DNA of 64,000 nt from a plasmid, in the sequence record NZ_CP037472.2. One strand, written 5' to 3'. The notes under the pieces are model-generated. The model was given only the letters and a program-made list of their open reading frames with translations. It was not told where the DNA came from and made no database searches. Position numbers and translations under genes: made by a program. Shown in pieces: positions 21,283 through 31,033 of this stretch. Position 1 is the stretch's first letter. Each line of letters starts with the position of its first letter.

Positions 21283-21882
21283 ATGTTTGCTAGATTTACC
21301 ATGATTGTTTGTAAGATTACTATATTTTGTGTGTTGGGTACATTTGTGCTCTCAGCAAGTTTTAAGTCATATTGTGATAGTACTTTTTGTTATAAGAAGT
21401 ATGATCAAGAATTTGATTCTGGTAGCATAAAGAGTATTTCTTTTGAGGAAAATGAACTAACAAAAGAAATAAGAGAAAAAGAAAAAAGAGAATATTCTGA
21501 TGAGAGTTACAGAAGATCAATTTTAGAAGGTTATCCATCTTATGATTTAAATTTTGTGATAATTGATGGGAATAGGGCAATAGATTTTAAGAATGTCATT
21601 TTTGATGGTGTTGAAGCAGAAATATCAGTGTTTACTCTGTTTGAACCTAGTGCTCAACTTGTAGAGATTAAGGATTTTCAAATGGGACCTTTTGGGGGTT
21701 TGCCGAAACTTTTAAAATTTATCTTTCCAGCACCAGTAACTAATACTTTTAGTATTAGTCTTAGACGAGGATTGATTAATAAACTTAAGCAAAAGGATAG
21801 ACTTAAAATTACTTTAGTATCCTATGATGATAGGAAGTTTGTTCTTGAGATGGATAATTTTATAAAGAAATATGATTTTTAG
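21283..21882 (+). CDS. membrane-anchored protein, B-type cassette member (recent tandem duplicate)
   Basis: 199 aa. The N-terminal 55 aa are nearly identical to 20575. The 3' flank ggt[ct]tcttaatcca[ag]gg[ag]atgttt[ag]gat[ag]ggttaa is also duplicated. Confidence 0.7.
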   Translation: MFARFTMIVCKITIFCVLGTFVLSASFKSYCDSTFCYKKYDQEFDSGSIKSISFEENELTKEIREKEKREYSDESYRRSILEGYPSYDLNFVIIDGNRAIDFKNVIFDGVEAEISVFTLFEPSAQLVEIKDFQMGPFGGLPKLLKFIFPAPVTNTFSISLRRGLINKLKQKDRLKITLVSYDDRKFVLEMDNFIKKYDF

Positions 21883-22062
21883 GTTTCTTAATCCAAGGGA
21901 TGTTTGGATGGGTTAAATTTGTTATTTGGATAATGATCCTGTAGGGATAAATCGGAGTTAGCACAGGTTTTAGATGTGTAATTATTAAGTATAATTAATA
22001 AATTATACTTAAATAAGTCATATTTTGTTTACAGAATCAAAATTTTTTGATAACATTAATTT

Positions 22063-23265
22063 ATGTTATTTAAAAATAGTAGTAATGTTTTTGATAGTAT
22101 TTTATTTAAAAAGCAATTAATCAATCCTATAGAATTGTACAGATATTCTTTATTTTTTAGAAATTATATAGAAAATGCCGTAGAGGATGCATTAAGGCCT
22201 GGTATTAAATTAGAACTTTTAAATGTTTCAGGATTTGATTTTAGTAATTTGCAATCTTTAAGCTTGGAGTTATCAGAAGCACTTCTTGAGGCTATGATAA
22301 GTTATCGGTTTAATGGGGTTGGATATATTTTAATTAAGCCTAAAGTTTTAGATGAAGATTTAAGCAAAAGTGTTAATGATGAATTGCCGGTTGGGTTTCA
22401 ATATTTGGACTATAAACGACTAAAAAATGATCGTAGTAGTGATTATTTAGAGTATTTGCAAGGAGATGGTACATCCATCATCATACACAAGAGTCGAGTA
22501 ATAATCCATGAAAATTTTGATTATATACTTGGGGTACATGAGCCAGTTTATACTCAAAGCTTGCTTTTAGATATTTGCCTTTTAGAACAGATATATATAG
22601 AGATTGAAAAACGCATTGAACAATATAATTTTTTGTTTTATAAAGATGAACAGCTAGTTGAACTTATGCAGGCGTTACAAGATGCTAAAAATCAGGTTAG
22701 TACTCTTGGCACCAAAAGTAGGGGATTATTTTCTACATTTTTTCAAAATAATGATAATTTAAATACTAGCTTAGGCTCAATTGGATTTGAGCTTGATCGT
22801 TTACTTGAAAAGCTTAAGAGTGGTCTTGGTAATAATGGAATATTTTACAGTGCTGATTCGGATGCAAGTTTGCAGGTTGTGAAGTATGATCTTGTATTTT
22901 TAAGAGATGCATTTGAGCTTGTAAAGGCAAAGATAGGGGCTGATACTAAGGAACCATTGACTCGAAGTTTTAATGAGCAGGTAAAGGGCTTAGGAAGTGA
23001 TGGTAAGGGAGATAGAGCTAATTATATTGATTTCTTGCATACCGTTCAAAAGGCTGCTGCAAATGCAGTTAATATTAAACTCAACAAGCACTACAGACTT
23101 AACATGTGTTTTAATGATTTAGTTATATTAAGTGATGAACAGAAATTAGATAGGGATATGAAATTACTTGATGTGTATTCTAAATATTTAGAAATTATAA
23201 AACAAAATTCTTTAAATGGTGATGAGATAGAGATATTAAAGAGTAAATTAAATTTTTCATTTTAA
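22063..23265 (+). CDS. hypothetical protein, first gene of the phage late operon (possible portal)
   Basis: 400 aa, a size typical of portal proteins. It is followed by 15 tightly packed co-oriented ORFs. Confidence 0.55.
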   Translation: MLFKNSSNVFDSILFKKQLINPIELYRYSLFFRNYIENAVEDALRPGIKLELLNVSGFDFSNLQSLSLELSEALLEAMISYRFNGVGYILIKPKVLDEDLSKSVNDELPVGFQYLDYKRLKNDRSSDYLEYLQGDGTSIIIHKSRVIIHENFDYILGVHEPVYTQSLLLDICLLEQIYIEIEKRIEQYNFLFYKDEQLVELMQALQDAKNQVSTLGTKSRGLFSTFFQNNDNLNTSLGSIGFELDRLLEKLKSGLGNNGIFYSADSDASLQVVKYDLVFLRDAFELVKAKIGADTKEPLTRSFNEQVKGLGSDGKGDRANYIDFLHTVQKAAANAVNIKLNKHYRLNMCFNDLVILSDEQKLDRDMKLLDVYSKYLEIIKQNSLNGDEIEILKSKLNFSF

Positions 23266-23277
23266 GGAGGTTGTTTA

Positions 23278-23799
23278 GTGGAAAACCAAGCAGAAGCAAC
23301 TGGTGTTGATGCTACTGAACTTAATAAAGATGACAATCTTAATCAGATTGATAATGGTGATGGGGATAATGATAAGTTACTCACTCGAGCTGTTTGGATA
23401 ACTAGGCTTGCAGATGATAATTTAAATTTAAGTTATAGTACACAAGAACTCTTAAGTGTTGGACATTCATTAGTTGAAGTTTTAGATATTCAAGCATGTG
23501 AGCTTATAAAAAAGTATGTTGATGAGAAGCAAATATTGGCAGTTGCCGGTAATATTGATATTTTGAAATTGAATGCTAATATTAAAGATATCTTATTAAG
23601 ACTTGCAAGTGCAAATATTAATTCATTTAAAAATAGTAATAATTCATATAGCTTAATGGCCCTTAATAAAGGCAATCTTAAAGAAATGTTAAATTTGCGG
23701 AGCAAAAACATTGCAATAAAGGATTATAAAGACTTGAGGCAAGCAATGCTTAATGAGTGGATGCAAATTAAGCAAGAATTTTATAGTATTAAATCTTAA
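23278..23799 (+). CDS. phage late-operon protein (acidic N-terminus, possible scaffold)
   Basis: 173 aa. GTG start with RBS aaggagg. Confidence 0.5.
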   Translation: MENQAEATGVDATELNKDDNLNQIDNGDGDNDKLLTRAVWITRLADDNLNLSYSTQELLSVGHSLVEVLDIQACELIKKYVDEKQILAVAGNIDILKLNANIKDILLRLASANINSFKNSNNSYSLMALNKGNLKEMLNLRSKNIAIKDYKDLRQAMLNEWMQIKQEFYSIKS

Positions 23800-23843
23800 G
23801 TTATTTTAATATTTATGATTTAAAAAAATTAAGGAGAGTATTT

Positions 23844-24464
23844 ATGCCAAATAAAAGCGTAGAAGAAACAAGTTTAATTAACTTATCTCAAGAAAAGCGT
23901 AGACTTGAGAAAGAGGTGGAATCTATTAAGTCAAGATGTCAAGCATCAGTTTTGGAAAAACTTAAGATAGGAAGTTATAGCAGATTTCCGTCTGTTTTTG
24001 ATAAATCTGGTCAGTTTAAATCATCAGACATGTATTTTGCTTATGCAGGAGGAATTAAGCATTCCTTAGATAAGTTTGAAAACTATCAGTCCATTGATTT
24101 TTGCTATAAGCGTGGAGTTAGACTAGTTATTGAGAGTGGCATGTCGTCTCGCATAGCAAGTGGTGGAGGTAGTGATCTTTATGGAATTTGCATAGATTAC
24201 GATAATTTTACAAAAACAGCAACAGTTATATCAATTGCAAGTAATTTTGAATGTGTTTTACTCTCAGATTCTAGTATTAAAGCTGGTGATAATTTGGTTT
24301 TTGATAGTTTAGGAGTCCTTAAAAAGGTTCATGATAATGATGAGTCTGATTACATTCAAGCATTAGCTTTAAGCGATGCTTTAGAATTTAAAGATAAACC
24401 AGGACTTTATGGTGCAAAGATTATGCTTATCAGTAGACCGTTGTACAAATCATTGGGAAGTTAA
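23844..24464 (+). CDS. phage late-operon protein
   Basis: 206 aa. N-terminal coiled-coil-like EKRRLEKEVESIKSR. RBS aaggaga. Confidence 0.5.
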   Translation: MPNKSVEETSLINLSQEKRRLEKEVESIKSRCQASVLEKLKIGSYSRFPSVFDKSGQFKSSDMYFAYAGGIKHSLDKFENYQSIDFCYKRGVRLVIESGMSSRIASGGGSDLYGICIDYDNFTKTATVISIASNFECVLLSDSSIKAGDNLVFDSLGVLKKVHDNDESDYIQALALSDALEFKDKPGLYGAKIMLISRPLYKSLGS

Positions 24465-24518
24465 TTTAAATATTATATTAGAAAAAAATTAATTTAAAAA
24501 TTAAGGAGATATTAAACG

Positions 24519-25448
24519 TTGAGTGAAAATTTATTTAATAATGATGAATTTATAAATGTTATTAGGGAGTCTTTATCCCTTGAGAGTCCAATTCCTGAGT
24601 ATTATCATTTTTTTGATAATGGGCAAATAGAGAGCAGCGATGCGTCATTTGCAAGTGAGAGAGTTGTAAAGTGGCATTCAAGTATAGCAGATCTTCCAAC
24701 GCTTAAGGTTAACGATTTTAGTACAGTTTCTGCCATTAAGTTTAAAAGACAGGTAGTTTTCGTAAATTATTTGCCGTTTCAGTATGCCTTTACGTATTAT
24801 GCACCTGATGGTAAATTTGATATTCAGTCAGTGAATAACATTAATATGAAGGAGGGACTTCGGTATTCGTTAAATGAAATACATAAGTTGCTCAGTGTGC
24901 ATTACTTAAGAGGTGGTCTTTGCTTTCCTGGAGAAGAGAAAAATAGGCGTACTCTTCTTGTTGATGAATCTAATCGGGAGACTATGTATGGTCTGTTGAA
25001 TATTCCAGGACAAATAGATGCAACTGTCAATATTATTAATAATGCAGATTTGTTGAGGGTTTGCCGTGATAAAGTGGGTCAAATTAATTTAGAAGATGAG
25101 AGAAGAGTTCCTTTTAAAGTATTAACAACTCCTAAAATTAAGGCGTTATTGCTTGAAAGGTTGCTTAATAATCATTATTCATACAAGGATATGTTATTTG
25201 ACATTTTAAGAGCAATAAATAATGATGCTGATATTCAACTTGAGACTACAAATTTATTGTTAGATGAGATGTTAATTTATCCAAGGAGTTCTAAACTTGT
25301 GTTATTAAAAGATGGGCATCCTCCAATTTTAAATGCGTATACACAGATGTCAAGCAGTAATTTTAGAACTAGTTTTCTAGATTTTTCTATTGGCACTATT
25401 CTTGCAAGTGAAAATTCGATACTTAGACTTAAAATAGAGTGGAGTTAA
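24519..25448 (+). CDS. phage late-operon protein (candidate major capsid by size and position)
   Basis: 309 aa. TTG start with RBS aaggaga. Confidence 0.45.
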   Translation: MSENLFNNDEFINVIRESLSLESPIPEYYHFFDNGQIESSDASFASERVVKWHSSIADLPTLKVNDFSTVSAIKFKRQVVFVNYLPFQYAFTYYAPDGKFDIQSVNNINMKEGLRYSLNEIHKLLSVHYLRGGLCFPGEEKNRRTLLVDESNRETMYGLLNIPGQIDATVNIINNADLLRVCRDKVGQINLEDERRVPFKVLTTPKIKALLLERLLNNHYSYKDMLFDILRAINNDADIQLETTNLLLDEMLIYPRSSKLVLLKDGHPPILNAYTQMSSSNFRTSFLDFSIGTILASENSILRLKIEWS

Positions 25449-25846
25449 AGGTGGATAATGATTTTAAGGACTTAAGGAAAATTTATTCTAGAGTATTAGA
25501 TTTGCTTTTGCTTAAATCTGAAGAGCTTAGTTTCGAGGATTTTAATGTATATTTGGAGTTGCTTGAAGATATTTTAGTTAGCAAAGGTTTTGGACTGCAG
25601 GATTTAAATGTAAGCAAGGCTTTTTTGCTTATTTATTACTTTTTTGGGTGTGAGCTTAAAAAAAGAGGTAAGCTTTTGCATTTTGACTTTAACAAAGTAA
25701 AGTCAGAGCGATTTAATGAGATATCGATAGAATATTCAGATTGCATGTTAAGAGATGAAGCTTTAAGTAGAGATTTTTGTGTTGCTTTTAATAATCTTAT
25801 AGAAGATGTTATAGGTTATAAAAGATTGGTCATAGGAGCTGTATAG
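25439..25846 (+). CDS. phage late-operon protein (small, head-completion/connector size)
   Basis: 135 aa, overlapping neighbours. Confidence 0.45.
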   Translation: MELKVDNDFKDLRKIYSRVLDLLLLKSEELSFEDFNVYLELLEDILVSKGFGLQDLNVSKAFLLIYYFFGCELKKRGKLLHFDFNKVKSERFNEISIEYSDCMLRDEALSRDFCVAFNNLIEDVIGYKRLVIGAV

Positions 25847-26220
25847 TGGTTGTTGCTGGGCTTAAAGGTATTAATTTGGCTATAATTAAGAGTATTAAAA
25901 GATATTCTAGACAAATGTTTTTATTTAGAAAAATGTTGATTAAAAATAGACATATTGCTTCTTATGAAAATAAAGTTGATAAAACTAATTTTACTGAATT
26001 TAAAGGTGTATTTTTGTTTCATGGTGAGGATAAGGTTGAGCTTTTTGGTTCAAATATGTTTGCAAGAGAAACTTACGCTAAAATTTATACCTTAGCTATT
26101 CTTGATTTTAAACTAGAGGATCAGGTGTTAGTAGATGATAATTTTTTAGAGATTATTAGCGCAAATAAATGTTTTAAGCAGACAGTTGGATATACCATTT
26201 TGATGCTTAGATTACTTTAA
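25846..26220 (+). CDS. phage late-operon protein
   Basis: 124 aa. Start overlaps the previous stop. Confidence 0.45.
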   Translation: MVVAGLKGINLAIIKSIKRYSRQMFLFRKMLIKNRHIASYENKVDKTNFTEFKGVFLFHGEDKVELFGSNMFARETYAKIYTLAILDFKLEDQVLVDDNFLEIISANKCFKQTVGYTILMLRLL

Positions 26221-26264
26221 TTTGTAATTAATGATCTTTAAAAAATTAGTATTGCTTCAGGAGA

Positions 26265-26813
26265 ATGTTTGTGTTAGTTAATTTGTATGAATCTCAAACT
26301 TTTTTAACAGAAATACTCATTCAGTTTAAAAACTATTTAAGGATTCGGGCTTTAAGGATGGATGTTATAAATTCTTATAATGGTTTGTATTTGAGTGATT
26401 TAAAAAAAGGTCGTTATTTGGGTCTGATTGTAATGAAACCAGAAGGTTTTGATTGTCTTGAGCCAAGAAGTTTAAGAAGTGGAAGTTTTTATGAAAATGT
26501 TAATGAGTTTTGCTTAAACTTTAAGCTTTATTTGTTGGGATTTGTCAAGGATATTGGAAAACTTAAAATTTATAATATTTTGCATAAAGTGTATGAATAT
26601 TTGCTTGAGTTTTTACATGAAAATTTTTACAAATTTGAATTTAAAAAGCCATTAGGAGACGAATATGAGCTTGCTTTAAATTATTACATAAAAGCAACAG
26701 ATAATATGGTGAATGGGGGTTTTGTAAATGTTTCTTGTGTGGGGTTAAGATCAGTTTTGGGATTGATTCAGTCTTTCAGAGCCAACATACAAGCTATTGA
26801 GATTAAAAATTAG
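26265..26813 (+). CDS. phage late-operon protein
   Basis: 182 aa. Confidence 0.45.
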   Translation: MFVLVNLYESQTFLTEILIQFKNYLRIRALRMDVINSYNGLYLSDLKKGRYLGLIVMKPEGFDCLEPRSLRSGSFYENVNEFCLNFKLYLLGFVKDIGKLKIYNILHKVYEYLLEFLHENFYKFEFKKPLGDEYELALNYYIKATDNMVNGGFVNVSCVGLRSVLGLIQSFRANIQAIEIKN

Positions 26814-26858
26814 AATAGAATTAGATTTAAAAATTAAATTTAAAAGTAGGGGGATAAT

Positions 26859-27932
26859 ATGCCACAAGATACAATTAGCGTTAATTTAATTGAGGATACA
26901 ATTAGATTGGAGAGGATTGGTTATTACAATCCTTTGCTTATTTATAAGAGTGATATTTTAAGTGAAGGTAATTTTGTTTTCAATGTTTCAAATTTTGAAG
27001 AGAGTATCGAGTCTCTTGCAATTAGGCAGGATCTTGACTCTGATGTGAAAAATAGTACAGCTATTTCTCAACGGGAGTTTTTATTAGCAAGTAGCAATAA
27101 CTTTTTTGAAGTAGGAGGACTTAGAGCTTTTAATTTATGCATTTACAAAGACATAGGAACGGTAATTGAATTTTTAAAGAAAAACATATATCCATTTGTT
27201 GTTTTTATAGATGATATAAAAGAGGATTTTGCATTGGATTATAATGCAATAAAGAGTTTGACTAAGTTTGTAGTATTTTCAATAAAAAGCAAGAATCTGC
27301 CTAATTTTTTAGAAAGTATGCCTCAAGTACAAAGAGATGGAATAATTATTGCTTATGATAAGCATAATGATAATTTGCATCTTAAGTTTACAGCTAAGTA
27401 TTTGCATGAGGCTAGTATTTTTCATGCTGTTAATCCTTATGGAATGACATTGAAGACAAAACCGATTTATGATGCAACTCTCATTAATGAGCTGAGAAAG
27501 AGTAATATTAATTTTTATTCTTTGCTAAATGAAACTGGTCGGGATGGGGTGTTGGCTTTCAAAGAGGGGGTAGACCTTAGTGGTATGCCAATTGATGAGG
27601 CTTTCACATATTATCTTTTAAAAAATGAATCAACGCGTGAACTTATTCGTATTTGGAACAGTAATAATAGACAAAATAGTAAGCTGAGTCAGTTGAGGTT
27701 TAAGGAAGGAAAATTTAATGCATATACAGCGGGGCTTGAATGTTTATTTAAGGAATTTAAAGAGAGGGGATTGATTATTTCTTTTGGTGATATTCGATTT
27801 AAACTTAAGGCAGATGATGTTTTGGGTTTAGATTTATCTATTCGTATTAAATATAATGACAGCTTTAAGAGTGTGATTTTAAATATAAATAGTGATGATA
27901 TTAAGGATTATTTAAGAAAGGAGATTGATTAG
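26859..27932 (+). CDS. phage late-operon protein (candidate major tail/sheath by size)
   Basis: 357 aa. RBS agggggata. Confidence 0.45.
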   Translation: MPQDTISVNLIEDTIRLERIGYYNPLLIYKSDILSEGNFVFNVSNFEESIESLAIRQDLDSDVKNSTAISQREFLLASSNNFFEVGGLRAFNLCIYKDIGTVIEFLKKNIYPFVVFIDDIKEDFALDYNAIKSLTKFVVFSIKSKNLPNFLESMPQVQRDGIIIAYDKHNDNLHLKFTAKYLHEASIFHAVNPYGMTLKTKPIYDATLINELRKSNINFYSLLNETGRDGVLAFKEGVDLSGMPIDEAFTYYLLKNESTRELIRIWNSNNRQNSKLSQLRFKEGKFNAYTAGLECLFKEFKERGLIISFGDIRFKLKADDVLGLDLSIRIKYNDSFKSVILNINSDDIKDYLRKEID

Positions 27933-28351
27933 TGAAAGATTATTATTCATTAGATTTAGTATTTTTTAGTTTCTCAGGTGTTGTGGTAGATAGGGGCAAA
28001 TTACAGTATTCAACTTCTCCAAGTGTTATGGCAATTGCCAGCACTGAGGAGAGGAATATTCCAATACCAAGTTTCAGAGATCCCAGAACTGTTGTTCATA
28101 TATTTAATTTAGAGATTACTAAGGGTTCATTTGACTATAAGGTCTTAACTAAACTTAGTAATATTCAATTTTATAGTCCTACTTCCAAGATAGACAAACT
28201 TAAACCATTAGTTTTTAATGACCAAATGGGGCTTAAGATTGTTTCCAATCATGCGTTTTTTTCTGAAATACCAAATCGAGGTTACACGGGTAATAGTGAT
28301 ACTGTGAATTTTATAATACATGCAATTGATTGTGAAATTGAGAGTAATTAG
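27932..28351 (+). CDS. phage late-operon protein
   Basis: 139 aa. GTG start overlapping the previous stop. Confidence 0.45.
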   Translation: MKDYYSLDLVFFSFSGVVVDRGKLQYSTSPSVMAIASTEERNIPIPSFRDPRTVVHIFNLEITKGSFDYKVLTKLSNIQFYSPTSKIDKLKPLVFNDQMGLKIVSNHAFFSEIPNRGYTGNSDTVNFIIHAIDCEIESN

Positions 28352-28354
28352 GCT

Positions 28355-28765
28355 ATGAGATATAAGTTAAAAATTTTGACTAAGAGTAAGACTTATGAAT
28401 ATGTTTTAAGAGATATTCCTATGTATGATTGGGATTCTATTTTAGGATTTGATGCAAGTCAAGAAACCTTAAGACAGCAGCTTAACAGCATATTGATTCT
28501 TAAGAAGATAAGTTCTTTGATGATATCATCAACTTTTTTTGATGAGTTTTATGACATTATTAATATGCATAGGGAAAATTCATTTTTATACAAATATTCA
28601 CTTCCAACAATTCTTTTTGCTGTTCAATATTCTTTGGTAGAAAAAGTTTCAGGACTCAAAGAGCCCGGTTTAGTTTATATTGAAAGTTTTCAAGATGATA
28701 GTGGAACTTTTGTAAAATATCTACATATTGATGATAGGTGGAATTATGAAGCCTTAGTATCTTAA
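28355..28765 (+). CDS. phage late-operon protein
   Basis: 136 aa. Confidence 0.45.
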   Translation: MRYKLKILTKSKTYEYVLRDIPMYDWDSILGFDASQETLRQQLNSILILKKISSLMISSTFFDEFYDIINMHRENSFLYKYSLPTILFAVQYSLVEKVSGLKEPGLVYIESFQDDSGTFVKYLHIDDRWNYEALVS

Positions 28766-28815
28766 GTGAGTGATAGTGGTCTTTGAGAAAATTAATTTAA
28801 AATTAAGGAAAGTTA

Positions 28816-29031
28816 ATGAATCATGATGCAGTTTTGGATGAGTATTTTGCTTATTTGAAATATTTAAGAAGTGAAGCTTGTAAATATTATTTTCCTGTTT
28901 TAATGGGAATTTGTACCTTTGATGAGATTAAACGCTTGAAATACAAAGAGCTTTTAGAAATTAATAAGATTGCTAATATTAAACTTAAAAAAGAAATATA
29001 TGAAAATTTTTTGATTTCTAGGAGATTTTGA
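28816..29031 (+). CDS. phage late-operon small protein
   Basis: 71 aa. Stop overlaps the next start. Confidence 0.4.
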   Translation: MNHDAVLDEYFAYLKYLRSEACKYYFPVLMGICTFDEIKRLKYKELLEINKIANIKLKKEIYENFLISRRF

Positions 29032-30437
29032 TTATGAAGCTAGATAAGATTAAGGATAAAACCTGCTTAAGTGATGAACAAAAGGATTTATCTTCTATTT
29101 TTATTTTTAATGTTAATTCAGATGAACATTTTAAGCTAAAATTTTTGGGTAGTGATGATCTTCTAAGAGAACAAATTGCATCTCTTCTTGTTTGGCCAGA
29201 GATCGTGAGCAATTCATTTGAAGCAAAAGATACTTTAAGAGATGATTTTATAGTTAACTTTCCAAGCATTGACATTGATTCTCAAGTTGATAGTTTGAGA
29301 GATGTTTCTTTTAAGCAAGATGTAAATTTCACGAAAGGACAAGTAGATAGTGAGGAAAGAGAAGTTTTTGCTGATAATTTAATTAAAAATATACTTTCAA
29401 ATTTAGTTTCATCTGTGATGCCTAATTTTTTAAACTTATTAAAGCTTCCCATTAATGATGTTGCTAGTAATGTTTCCGATACTGATGCCTTGGATAACAA
29501 TTCTCTTTTAAATTTAGATATGAGTATTTTTCATGATTTAAACAATTTAATTTCCGATTTTCTTGCATCACCAGCCGTAATTCCTGATAAATCTGGACTT
29601 GAATATTTAGATATTGATTCAAAACTCAAAGGAATTGGCAAAATAAAGAAAATACAAGAGAGTAAATATTCAGGGATATGGCAAGGTAGAGGAGTAGGGG
29701 GCAAAATTAATGAGTTCACTTATGATGATTTTGAAAGTAAAAAAATAGAGGATATCCTTACAAGTACGGGTAAATTTGATACTCAGGTAGATATGAATGA
29801 TTTTATTCGTAAAACCTGTGGTTTTAGGTCTTTGTTGTCTAAGGTTGAACCAGAGTGTACAAGAGAAACGCTTTTTGATGTAGTTAATCTTGCAGGTTCT
29901 TTAAAGGGACGCAATAGGTATTTACAGGATAATGATAGTATTGTGTCTGTTATTTATGATTTATTCCAAGGAAATGATGAGAATTTATCTTCCATTATGG
30001 ATGATTTAGAATCTTCAAAGGGGAATTTTTCTAATTTTGATACTGGCTTGGATAAAAATGGAGATTCATATATTGGTTTAAAACAGCGTCTTAAGCGTTC
30101 ACTTTTAAGTTTAGATGAGAACCCAGATTTTCACTTAAGTTCAAGCTTAGATGATACTACTCATTCAGACTCAACCTCAAGCAACTTGGGAGTAGTTAGT
30201 GCTATGAGAGATAATAATATGTATATAATTTTAGAAGAAATTAGGGAGTTTTTAAGTTGGGCCCGTAGTGTAAATTTTGAAAGAAGTATTGTTGAACCTT
30301 TAGGTACCTATTTTATTAACATGGAAAATGTTTTTGCTGATTTAACAGATACATTGATGTATATCGTGCAGGGTGCTTCTTTGCAAAATAATATGAAGGA
30401 TTATAAGATGGGAAATGAAAGTTCAAGAATGCCTTAA
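29028..30437 (+). CDS. phage late-operon protein, largest of the block (tape-measure-like position)
   Basis: 469 aa, Ser/Asp/Leu-rich. Confidence 0.45.
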   Translation: MIMKLDKIKDKTCLSDEQKDLSSIFIFNVNSDEHFKLKFLGSDDLLREQIASLLVWPEIVSNSFEAKDTLRDDFIVNFPSIDIDSQVDSLRDVSFKQDVNFTKGQVDSEEREVFADNLIKNILSNLVSSVMPNFLNLLKLPINDVASNVSDTDALDNNSLLNLDMSIFHDLNNLISDFLASPAVIPDKSGLEYLDIDSKLKGIGKIKKIQESKYSGIWQGRGVGGKINEFTYDDFESKKIEDILTSTGKFDTQVDMNDFIRKTCGFRSLLSKVEPECTRETLFDVVNLAGSLKGRNRYLQDNDSIVSVIYDLFQGNDENLSSIMDDLESSKGNFSNFDTGLDKNGDSYIGLKQRLKRSLLSLDENPDFHLSSSLDDTTHSDSTSSNLGVVSAMRDNNMYIILEEIREFLSWARSVNFERSIVEPLGTYFINMENVFADLTDTLMYIVQGASLQNNMKDYKMGNESSRMP

Positions 30438-30454
30438 GGAGGATATTTGATAAT

Positions 30455-31015
30455 ATGTTAAATGATATAACGTTATTTATTTTGGAACTTGTAAATCACG
30501 TTTTAGGTCTTGCAAAATCATCTAATTTCATTGCATTATTTCCACGTCCTGATCTTAAGGGTTTGGATTATTTTCCACAGATATTTTTTATATATCCCAA
30601 GGGCAGTCCTATTGTGGAGAGTATGAGTATTTCTAGTAGCCAGAGATCTATTGTTAATCTTAGCACCAGGCGTAGTGAATTTATTAATTATAATGTTACG
30701 GCAAATCCAAAGATAATTTCCATTTCTGAAGCAATTTTAGCTCCAATTCATGACCATTATTTGATTGAAAATTTAACAAAAACACCTTTTAAAAATAGTA
30801 TCTTAGAGTTTGATCTTAATTTTGTAAAGGAGCAATTTAGAGAAAAATTTAGGGCAGGTACTTATTATAGTCTTTATAATCGTTCGATTGGCTTTCATGA
30901 AACAGCTATTGTTAGTTCTTTAAGAATGACAAATACTGCCTTTATTGATGAGATTAAAATGAATATAGATATTAAAATAGTAAAAACTTTTAATTATTTT
31001 ACTTATAAAGGTTAA
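30455..31015 (+). CDS. phage late-operon protein
   Basis: 186 aa. RBS aaggagg. Confidence 0.45.
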   Translation: MLNDITLFILELVNHVLGLAKSSNFIALFPRPDLKGLDYFPQIFFIYPKGSPIVESMSISSSQRSIVNLSTRRSEFINYNVTANPKIISISEAILAPIHDHYLIENLTKTPFKNSILEFDLNFVKEQFREKFRAGTYYSLYNRSIGFHETAIVSSLRMTNTAFIDEIKMNIDIKIVKTFNYFTYKG

Positions 31016-31033
31016 AATAGATTATCATACATT

